Positions 51,201 to 63,200 of a stretch of 64,000 nt of DNA are shown piece after piece. This DNA is from Octopus vulgaris (lineage: Eukaryota), in contig OX597819.1 in NCBI GenBank assembly GCA_951406725.2, positions 60,388,001 to 60,452,000 of the forward strand. The letters are read 5' to 3'. Within the stretch, counting starts at the first letter, position 1. Every line of letters starts with the position of its first letter. The translations under genes and the position numbers were made by a program. The notes under the pieces were generated by a model. The model did no database searches, had not been told where the DNA came from, and saw only the letters and a list, made by a program, of their open reading frames with translations.

Positions 51201-54200
51201 CATATGTAACTGTTTTAATGACTCAGAAAAATCCATGTCACATCACCATCATCATTTAACGTCTGTCTTCCATGCTGGCATGGGTGGGACATACACACTA
51301 AATACAATTTGTTTTAAATACTTTGTAGCATATAGGTGTAGGCATGGGTGTGTGGTAACAAGCTTGCTTCCCAACCACATGGTTCTGGGTTTGGTCCTAC
51401 TGTGCGGCACCATAGGCAAGTGTCTTCTATTATAGCTTTGTAAGTGGATTTGGTAGATGGAAACTGAAAGAAGCCTGTCATATATATATATATATATATA
51501 TATATTCAAGTGTGCATGTCTTTATGTCTGTGTTTGTCCTAACATCACTTGTTGGTGTGTCTACATCTCTGTAACTTAGCAGCTCGGTAAAAAAGACCAA
51601 TAGAATAAGTACTAGGCTTACAAAGAATAAATCCTGAGGTCAATTTCATCAACTAAAACCTTTCAAGGTGGTGCTCCACCATGGCTGCTGTCAAATGACA
51701 AACAAATGAAAGAATATAAAATAACATATAAATATTTAATACAATGGTATTCGACAGAAGACAGATACCTCAATTAGTTTGTGAATATCATCTCGTTCAT
51801 ACAGCTTCTTGATGACATGGATTGCATGGTTTCGCACCTGGATAAAGCGAAGAAAATAAAATGTCAAAAATGTGGGGCAAAAGATTACAAATGAAATATA
51901 TATAAAGAGAATACAAATGAAAAAATATGATGGTTATGAAGAGATACTAGGCTATTGGCTACATAGTGAACTCTAAATATAACCCCATTTTGTTGTCTGA
52001 CAAGAGTAAAGACTTCTAATTGTTGATGGGTTCTTTAGAATCTAACTAGTGTTGTACAAAAGCTTCAATGATAAAGATCTATATTAAAAATCTTCAAAAA
52101 TCTAATGCTAGTCTGGAATAAACAAATGAATACAAAAAAGCAATATTGCTGAAGGAAATACTTCTTATCCTGCTTATGAAATACAAACATGGTAAGGTCT
52201 CACGTATATTCAATTGAAGGACTTCAACCGACATTATCCAAGGAGATAGGATAAAAACTCCCTCTAGGGGTATTTAAAAATATTAGCCTGTCTTGTTTAC
52301 AGGAATTATGGGTTCAAGTTCCACGGACAGCATTCAACTTTTTCTATCCAAATGGTCTTTTAAACCCAATATTTACATGGTATTTTTATAGCTTTATATG
52401 CTTTAAGATTCACCATTCCCCAAAAGAATTTCACATACTTGAAATTTCTAAATTCTTATGACATTAACACACACACATAAATATACATAAATATACACAC
52501 ATTCACATATACATGTACACACATATGTATTGGTATTCTATGCTTGTTTTCCAACATAGGAAAAGAATAATTATAAGTTTTAAAAAGCATTTTTTTTTTA
52601 TAGAGAACAATATAAAATAGAAATCCCCAACCTACCTCCACTTTATCATGCGATGCAAAGTCTAATAATAAAATCAAGTATTTTGGGCGATGATGGGGTC
52701 GTGCCAAGATCATTTCCTGCAGAGTTTCCATTCCAATATGAACACGATTCTGGAAAGACAAGCAATATTTTTAGCTTTGGACAATTACGTTTCAGAGGCA
52801 TAAATATTACGTTGAGATAAAACTCAGGTAGAATACAGCAGAGAAACATATAACACTTAAAAGAATTATCTGTTACAACCTGTTTAAAATTTTGGTACAA
52901 GGCCAGCAAGCAGAGGGTAGAGTCAACTCCAGGGCTCAACTGATACTTACTTTATTGACCCTGGAAGAATCAAAGCAAGCTGACTCGGAACCTATGGATG
53001 GAGGAAGTGCTGTTAAGTATTTATCCTAGCATGCTAATAATTAAAATATTAGCTTCTATTTATTACTTCTTCAGAGGAGGTTAAATAAGAATATTTTACT
53101 GTCAGATATGGTAGGTCATAAGAAGTTAAATACAATTATATTTTTCTCAAAGTAAATACATATGGAAAATAAATAAGACATAAAATATAAGGGAAAAGCA
53201 GAGAGAAAGTAAGAAAATTTAATGCCACATACTTCGTCTTGACAAAATTTACGAAGTATCTGAATAGCATTGTCTGTGATAACAGGAGCTTCCAGAAACA
53301 ATCTTGTAAACAGTCTGAAAGAAAGGAGCATAGAAATTAATTCAAATTATACACAAAAGGCTTGGCAATAACAGAACAAAAGGCTACATGACTGAATTAA
53401 CCACAAAATTATTAAAAGGTGTATTATTACTCTATCCCTTTCACATTCACAAGCATACACTGGTATCTTAATAGGTCATCATTGTTTTAATATCCATTTT
53501 CCATGCTTGCATGGGTCGGGCAGAGTTTATTAAGATAGAATTTCTAAGGTTTGATGCTCTTTCTGCTGCCAACCATCAATCTTTCCAAACAAGGTAATAT
53601 TTCCCAATAACCAGATATGTTCTCAAAGAATATTGGAAATAAATGACATTCATTTACAACAATTACATGATGTCAAGACAAGACACAAACATACACACAC
53701 ACACAAATGCTCATAATGAGTTCTATTAGAGCAACAGTAATAACTTACCCATCTCTATGATCAGATCTCTCCAATAAGCCATTAAGCAATCGAGTCAAAC
53801 ATTCATCATAGCTTGCCAGAACTGTCTTGTGTTCTCCCATATTGGACCGGTTGAAACCATGGCAGACAACATATTCTTGGTATAACCAAGAGAAAGCTAT
53901 ATCTGCTCGATTACGTAAGTCTTCAAATATGTATTCTTGTAATACTAAAACAAAAAAATAGTTTCAAGTCATTCATACACATTTTTATGTTGAAGTCAAA
54001 TAACAGAAATAATCTCCTAACGAGGATATAATTATATACACATTTATAATAGTGAAGGCACATGGTTGAGTGATTAGGGTGCCGCACTCATGATTGCAAG
54101 ATGTGGTTTCGATTCCTGGACTGGGCAGTGTATTGTATTCATGTGCAAAACATTTCATTTTACATTGCTTCAGTCCACTCAGCTATAAACGACTGAACCT

Positions 54201-57200
54201 AAATGGATTGACATCCCATTCAGGGGTGAATGTTGTGATCCCAGTCACTTACATGCCATGGAAACCAGGTAACCAGTTCTATGACACCTAGGACTCAATA
54301 CAGTAATGTCCAGGTGTTGATAATATGATTAAAAATTGAAGCTTTTACTAAATTTATAAAACATGTCTGATGCAAAATTATTTTAAGCTGATTTCTAAAG
54401 AAAACAAAGCAATAATTCATTCTAGTCACTCAGAACATCATTGTCTAACGTCTACTTTCCATGCTAGCATGGGCTGGACAGTTACACAGGATCTAACAAA
54501 CAAGAGAACCACATTGAGCTTCAATATTTGCTTTGGCATAGTTTCTACAGCTGGATGCCCTTCTTAACACCAACCACTTTACAAAGTGTCCTGGGTGCTT
54601 TTGTCACACCAGTGCTAGTGAGGTTGCCTGGTAATGTGCAAGACAAGAAAAAGATAGCTTTGTGGCAAGTGTTGAAAGACTAACGTATGATAGAGGAGCA
54701 GGCACAGGTGTTTTGCTATAGAAGAGATACATGGCTACCTTGTATATGAATGGGTGGGAGTAGATGGAAAGCAGATGAATATGCTGGTGATGAAGTACTA
54801 GAGCATACTCTCCGAGTTCCTCCCAAAACTGCCCCTGGTTCTATGATACAAACTTCCTGTCTCAAAGTGATCTAAATTAAAAACTTCCATTAATATTTCC
54901 TGTAAATTTGTTCCCAATACCAACTTAATAATTACAAAGTTATTTTACTAAATTCTTCATTATTTTCATAATTAATAGAAACGCAATGTATTTTTCAACA
55001 AAATATAAAAAAAAGGGTTAAATACTCACAATTTTTCAGCTCACCACCAAACTGAGCAACAAGGGAGGCCAAAATTTTGGTCCGTTCTGGTAATGCATTA
55101 CCAATAAGAGCACTTTCTGAAAAAAAAAAAAAAAGAGAAATAGAAAATGAAATTAATGACAAAGAAGTCAATTCATCCTGTATAAGAAAAACAGGAATGA
55201 GTGATTTTTGGCTTGGTGCTGAGATCAATTGTTTCTATATGTTCTACCAATAATAGAAAGACAGTAGCGGGTAGCAATTTTCTTCACTACTTCAGCGAGT
55301 GACAACCCTGCCTGATACAAGCCCCGGGCACAGCTGGCTCTGACTGACAGTACCCAGTATGGGCCCCTATCCAGGGTTATGGAAAGGAGACAACATTCAA
55401 AGAAATCCAGAGTGGAGGCCTGTAGGCAGTTTAGTGTTTAGCTGGTGCCAAACGTAATGCTCTGCACTCATTTGGACTGTGTCAGCAAGGTCGAGAGAGG
55501 AATCCTGACGATTGGGCTACCCAGGATTTTCTTACATCTAGCTCAGGCCTGCGAAAAACTGGAGAGAACATGAAATGTAAAAACCAGACAGGATTAGTTT
55601 ATGTGCAACTCCATTGTCTCCCAAGGCAAAAGGATGCCAAGAAAGACATCATAGCCAGCAGGAGATTTATATATCTTCTTCAATAATATCCTCAATAGCT
55701 GCAGGCACAGGTGTGTGGTTAAAAAGTTTGTTTTGTGATCACATAGCTTTGAGTTCAGTCCTACAGCGTGGTACTTTGCACAAAGTGTCTTCTACTACAG
55801 CCCCAGGTTGAATGAATTTTGTTGATGGAAACTGTATGGAAGCTAGTCACGTGTGCATGAACACATGCATATAATGTATGCACGTGTGTGTATATGCAAG
55901 CACATATAAAGGTAAATATTGACATTCCACAGTTTCATTTGTTACTGACAGAGCGAAACAGTGACGTAATATTCCCTAATGACCTCCTTCTGTGATTTTG
56001 AAGACACATAGAATAAAAAATCCCGAACTTGAAAAGCAGGTATGGATTAGCGACAGGAAGATCATCCAGCTGAAAAATCCTACCCCGACTACGTCTTTGG
56101 CCAACCAAAGAAATGGATATTAAACAAAGGAAGAAAACTAGAAATAATCACTAATCCTAGAGGTCTTTGTGATTTGGGTTAGCTTAGTTTTTAAAATCCT
56201 ATGACAACAAGAATACATAGAACAGGATATATATATATATATATATAGTTAATCCAAACATGAAAACACAAAGAGAAAACACAACAACGCGAGGACGTGG
56301 AACAAATATAGTATTATTGGACGCTCAGGAAGGAAGGGAAGAAAGAGGGTTTAACGTTTCAAGCGGAGCTCTTCGTCGAAAACATAGGAGAAGGAAAGAT
56401 CCAGAGAAGGGAACACAGAGGAAATATAAATCGCCAACGGTACACACGCGGTCACATTATATATATATATACACAGTGACGACTGAGTTGTTTATACTTA
56501 CTTTCAGCCATTAATATACGCCTCACAGCCCTGACAGTCATTTGATCCAGGAGATCTCTGTTCATTGGTTTTGTGACACTGGACAACTTGAACTGCTTTG
56601 ATCCTTTACGAGTGCCCTTCAAACAAAAGCATAAATAATTAAATGTCTACTAATAAAAATTTGAACTCACAACAAATGATTTATCCTTTTGTTCAAAAAC
56701 AAGCTACCCATTAAATTTTAATACTTGTTAAGAACTTAAAAAAAAAAAAATAGAAAGCTATTGAGTAAAAACAGGATTTATTTTTCCTTAACTCTTTAGC
56801 ATTCAAATTAGCCAGTCAAATGAGTTAATTTTTTTATTCACAACGTTTTGAATTAATCATGTGTTATCTTTTAGCTTTGAGGTTTCAATGTTTATTTTTA
56901 GAATGATATTGTAGGGTAAGTGTGAGAGGCCAGACTCAGCTGGTTTGAACATAAAACAGGTTGAATATTTGGGTCTGATGTGGCTGGTAAAATGCTAAAG
57001 GGTTAAGGTAGTTAAAAATGAAAGTATAATAAAGCAATCCTTGATAATCACAGCAATTTATAACAAGATGTACCAATTTTTAAGGTATTGTAGAAAAAGT
57101 GAAGTCATTTTATTGTTTGAAATGCTAGAGATTTATTCTTTTGCTTCAGTCATTTGACTATGGCCATGCTGGAGTACTGCTTTTAGTTGAACAAAAGGAC

Positions 57201-60200
57201 CCCAGGACTTACTCTTTGTAAGCCTAATACTTATTTTATCGGTCTCTTTTGCTGAACCACTAATTGACGGAGACCTGAACACACCAACATCGGTGGGGGG
57301 GACAAACATACACGCGTGGCGACAGTTACACGTGGTGATCTATATATGGTGATAGTTAACCAATATCTGGTATTCCCTGCAGCTCAAAGAATGCTGCAAA
57401 TATATTGACTTGTCTTTCCATCATGGCATATCCATAACTGGAGAAGTGCTAAGTGTGCATGTGTTTAGATACTTGCTTCTGGAAACAGCCCAGATATAGC
57501 AGAGATGGTTAAGTTACTGTCTCTGCAGTACCATCAACCAATAACAACAAAGGCCAAACATTCCGTACTATCTTACATCACTAGCTTCTTTTCTCAATAA
57601 TTTTAATAACAATTTTACTGTACCTAAACTTTTAGAAATACATGACAAAACTATGAAGAAGCTAAGAGCCAATTATACACATAGAATGAATTCAATGATG
57701 AAAAAATAAAATAGACAAAACAAAAACAGAATAATCAAAGCCTACTTACCATTAATGGTTGTGTTGTTATAAGAGCAGTATCAGGTTTTTTAGGTTCATC
57801 AGCTCCTACTTGTATAGTTCCACCTGCAACCCAATCAATAAAAAGAAATCGATGTAATATCCTAATGATTTTAATTGTAGAGTTCTGCATTAGATAAAAA
57901 AATTAATTAAATGCGTGATGAAGCCAAAATAAATTTCCCTTCACAACTATGTAGTCTTGGAATTGATCTAATGTGCGACACGTTGGGCAAGTGCCTTCAA
58001 CTATAGCCACAAGTTGACCAAAGCCTTGTGAGTGAAAACTGATACAGAAACTGAGCAAAAATCTATCACACCACACACGTGTGTGTTTGTGTGTGTGTGC
58101 ACTTATCTTTGGCTAAAGATATAGCATCAATAAGAAAACAGAAAAAATGAGTTTCAAATAAAAAACACTATTATATATTTGTTCTGCCCAAGTTGCATGG
58201 ACAGTATCCAAAGATACTATGTGCAAAATAAAAAGAGAACGCCAACAACTACTAAACTAATTAAACAATATCTTAATCAATTGCCAGTATTTCACAGATT
58301 TACAACAGCAAAGCCAACTGAGCTAATCAATAACAAGGCAAAGTTCATCAAATAATATCATACAAGAATATTTCTAATAAATATGTTTCCCATAACCTTT
58401 TTGAGACCATATTTCATTTGAAATCCACTGCCATTGTTTCAAAGAATTTTCAAAATAATGAAGAATTTGGTCAAATAAAAGTCATTGTTAAGGTGGTGTG
58501 AAGCAGTGAGCTGGCAGAAATGTTATGCACCAAGCAACAGTCTTAGTGGCATTTTGTCCATCTTTGTTCAAATTCTGCTGAGGTTGACTTTGTTTTTCAT
58601 CCTTTCAGGGTTGATGAAATAAGTACCAGATGAGCTCTGGGATCAATGTAATCGACTTAACCCTCCTCCAAAATTACTGGCCTTGTGCTAAAATTTGAAA
58701 CCATTATCAACCCTTTCGTTACTGTATTTATTTTGAGATGCTCTCTGTTTCTTTTAATTACTTTAAATATAACAAAGAATTTAGTAAAATAACTTAGTTA
58801 TCATTCAGCTAGTGTTAGGAACATAAATTGTGCCTAAGGTTTGGTGGAAGATTTTAATTCAAAACTTATGAAAACAAGACATTTATAGTCAGAGTCAGAG
58901 CTCGTTTCAGACAGGTTGCCAATGAAAGGGTTATGGTGATGTTTGAAGCAAATTACCATGAATTTTTGATTGAATGTTTTAATTTAGATAACTTTAAAAC
59001 GAAGTTTATATAAAAAAAACTAGAGCAGTTTGGTATCAAAAGGGTTAAAATATACTTAAGTAATTATTTCATTGCTAATGAATCACTCACCCACTACAGT
59101 TTGAATTTGTAATTTTGTAGTAACTTTTTCTTCTTCTGTTGTGGCAGGTGTTTCTTCACTTTCTACATTCTGTAAAAGTTTTTAAAATTTCCATTAAGTT
59201 TCTAATGAAATGCACAGACTATATCTAAAAATAAATTTTTTCTTAAAAGATTGACAATTTGAAAGAATTTAATAGAATACTGATATAGGTATATTAAGCT
59301 GGTGTTTGAAATATAAAATTATAGGAGGTTTAATTTAAATATGATCACTTTTAAAACAAGAAATTTTTCTTATAGTCAAGTACACTGGAAAATGGTCTGC
59401 ATTCCAAATTACTGGAATATAAGATATAACTTTTAAGAACAGCAGATTTCTATTTAATAAACATAAACGGCATTTTTGTAGAAGAGACTTAATCCTGTTT
59501 GATTACAATATATCACAGAGGGTTATTTTATCAACAATGAAGGAACGATATGCAAAATCAAACATGATAGTATTCATACTTAGATCCTAGAGAGGGAGAA
59601 GATAAAACACTGTAAACTGTATTTTAATTGACTGTTGCTACCAACTTATTGCTCTGCAAGTAACATATCCCAATTCTCGGGAGTCAAATTGTTACCTACT
59701 TCACTGATTTTTCTCATCAGTATGCATTTTGGAAGAGTCTTATTTCATCCTCATCATCATCATCATTTAACGTCTGTTTTCCATGCTGGCATGAATTGGA
59801 CGGTTTGAATGAGGTCTGGAGAGCCAGCGGCTGCACCAGACTCCAATTTCATCTGGCAATGTTTCTACAGCTGGATGCTCTTCCTAATGCCAACCACTCC
59901 AAGAGTGTAGTGGGTGCTTTTTATGTGCCACCAGTATGGGAGTCAGTAAGGCGAGCCTGGCACCGATCACATTTGGATAGTGCTTTTTACATGCCACCAA
60001 CACAGGGGCCAGTCTGGGGGTACTGGCATCAGCCATGTTTTGATGGTGCTTTTTATGTGCTACCAGCACAGGAGCCAGTCAGAAGGTACTGGCATCGGCC
60101 ACGTTCAGATGGTGCTTTTTACGTGCCACTGGCATGGGAGCAAGTCAGGGGATATTGGCATCGGCCACATTCAGATGGTGCTCTTTATGTTCCACCATCA

Positions 60201-63200
60201 CAGGAGCCAGTCAGTGAGTATTAAAGCAAATAGTAATCAAAGATATCAAGTAGTGCTGATGAAAGTAACCACCTCATGATGCTGAACCCTTCAGGCAAGA
60301 TGACAAAGGATCGAGACACCTGATACATTGCAGTACTCAAGAAAACCTGTACTCCACAGCAAAACTGTTAACACTGATCCTTCTGTATAACATTTGTTGC
60401 AGTGCCATGTAAAAGTACCTGTGTGGCACCACATAAAAGCACCCATGTGGTACCATGTAAAATGCCTGTGTGGCAACATGTAAAAGCACCTGTGTGGGGC
60501 AATGTAAAAGTACCCAGCTCAGTCTGTAAAGTGGTTGGCATTAGAAAGGGCATCCAGCCATAGAAACCATGCCAAATCAGACTGGAGTCTCATTCAGCTC
60601 TCCATCTTGCCAGCTCTGTTTAAATCATCCAACCCATGCCAGCATGGACAATGGACGTTAAATGATGATAAAACATATATAAGCAGAAATTAGATTCCTG
60701 ATAAACTTGTGTTTATCTTCGTCACTGCCTGTATCCTATGAGCATAACGTGCTTGCATATGTATGCCCAGGGTTGACATAGGTTATTATACTGGTAGTAA
60801 AACAGATATTTTTATCCCTTCAACAGTTACTCCAACCTCTGACTCTACTAACCTTTACATATATACATATATATATATATATACATAAATTAAGTAGTTC
60901 AACAAGCACTTTTCCTTCAGAAGGTCTCTTAAGGTAAATACAACTAAATTCAAATACACTTATAGAGAGCAGTTTTTGAGAAGAGCTCATAACCAAAAGC
61001 AAACAATATCAAGTAATTTTATCTATACCATGTCCACTAGACAAGTGAATACCATGTCCACTAGACTAGTGAATTAGGCCATTGAGAATTGTGTGTCTTT
61101 GCTTTGGACTCAATGCAGTGGAGGTAACAATACAAGATATTGTATAGGTTATCAAATTACCCTTATTAACGGAGCACAACTTTTTAACTACTGAAATTAA
61201 CATTGAAGTTCAATTTATATTACTTTAAAAACTTTAAACTTTTAAACCAAAGCAATGTCATAGCTTATACTTACCATTCGTTGGACATCAGAGATACCTT
61301 TACCCATTCCAGCCATAGTAAGCTGAGTTGCAAGTAACCTGGCAAGATGCTTAATCTGACCAGGAGTACCAGCTGCAGCAATTGGTGTGTATGTTGCTTG
61401 GAAGTGGGCTGGTAATGTATCAGGTAACATGACCTATACAATGAGAAAAATAATTATATTGAAAACGAAATAATTACATTAAAACAAAAAAAAAATTTTT
61501 TATGAATTGTTAATCAAGACAAATACTGAGAAGTCAAAGAACAGGTTGGTATAAGCACCATCTCCTTAACACTTGCCAATGTGAAGCAAAGAGTTAAATA
61601 CATTTATTTTAGCACCGATCTTGAGAGGCTGCTTTCCAAAATTTAATAGCATAAAGGTAATAAGCAGCAGTACAGCCAGCAAGGGTGAAGAACAACAGAA
61701 TAATAAAACTTTAAATAGATGAGAAATAGGGAGATGACGAGTGGGTTGGTGGGTAAAAAAGAACTGTGTGTAGAAGACAGAGAGAAGCGTAGTGATAGAG
61801 AGGGAGATCAGCACAGATACAGTGAATAACAAACTAAGGTGGGGGCAGGATTGGCAGCAGGTATGAGAGAGTGTTAAAGAAGGAGATATGGTAGTCATAA
61901 GATCTGATTCAAGGGAAAAGGAGTGTTAACTGGTGGCACAGAAGGGGTAGATGCAGGCATAACTGTATGGTTAAGAAATTCAATTTGCAACCACATGGCT
62001 TTAGGTTCAATCCCACTGCTCAGCACCTTTGGCAAGTATCTTCTATTTTCACCTCAGCCCAACCAATCCCTTGACTGAATTTGATAGACAGAAACAGAAT
62101 TAAACCCATTCACCAAACACACACAAATGTGTGTGTGTGTGTGTGTGTGAAGTGCAGGAGTGTCGTTATTTTGCTTATCACCATTTGCTAAAAGCAGTGC
62201 TAATGTTGACGTTCCAACCAGTCACTTGGCACTTTTAGAGATCTCTGGTATATAGAAGACATTTACAATGAAAACAGGTGAGGGTTGGTTACAGAAGAAG
62301 CATCCAACTAAAACCCTGCCTCAAAAGTAATTTTCATCCAAGTCATGCAAGCATGGAAAAATAGACATTAAACGAATCAAGAAACACAGTACACAACATA
62401 CACATCACAGCAGATATACAATCCAACTATAGGAGCCTCTATGTAGTCAGTCCACTAGAAATAGCAACCAAATCTCACTTAACCCTTTCATTACTGTATT
62501 TATTTTGAAATGTTCTGTGTTTCTTTTAATTACTTTAAATATAACAAAGAATTTAGTAAAATAACTTAGTTTTCATTCAGCTTGTGTTAGGAACATAAAC
62601 TGTGACTAAGGTTTGGTGGAAAATTTTAATTCAAAACTTATGAAAACAAGACATTTGTACTCAGAGCCAGAGCTGGTTTCAGCCGGGTTGGTAATGAAAG
62701 GGTTAAATCACATGCTCTAAGGTAACTGTCTTGATTTTATATAATACTGGTTTCAAATTTTGGTACAAGGCCGGCAATTTTGGGGGTGGGGCTATTCTAA
62801 CTAAACTGAACCCAGTGTTCAGCTGGTACTTATTTTACGACCCTGAAAGGATGAAAGGCAAAATCGACCATGGCAGAATTTGAACTCAAAACGTTAAGAC
62901 AGACAAAATGCCATAAAGCATTTTGCCCAGCATGCTAACAATTCCACTAGCTCACTGCCTTTGTTCTTGTATAATATTAAATATTATTGTCAAGACTATT
63001 GCAAGAAGCAACAAAAATTTTAGGAGAATAAAAATAAGAAATAAGTGGAAATTTTACCGGTGAGTGTGATAAAATTATAAGGCACAAAAAGAAAATGACT
63101 CTCCGCAGACACAACAGAATATACTTCAACACACGGACTCATATAAAGAATCTTGCAAACCAAATAATAAAATGGTTAAATAATAAAATAATAAAATGGT

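Noticed and set aside
57440-57545. Possible hammerhead on the minus strand (TTGATGG...TAAACAC)
   Set aside because: Three core mismatches; not supportable without a family consensus.
59796-60279. 142-aa and 99-aa ORFs with repeated GAFYVPP...WH motifs, and a CRISPR-like look of the array
   Set aside because: Translation of family-D tandem units found in many copies. Inter-repeat segments are homologous to each other, there are no cas genes and the context is a eukaryotic intron.
61025-61072. Short tandem duplications (24 bp here; also about 21641-21688, 4867-4975, 63162-63213)
   Set aside because: Ordinary slippage duplications with no further signal.
61566-61898. 110-aa hydrophobic ORF
   Set aside because: Purine/pyrimidine-biased low-complexity intron sequence with no splice-phase fit to SYMPK.
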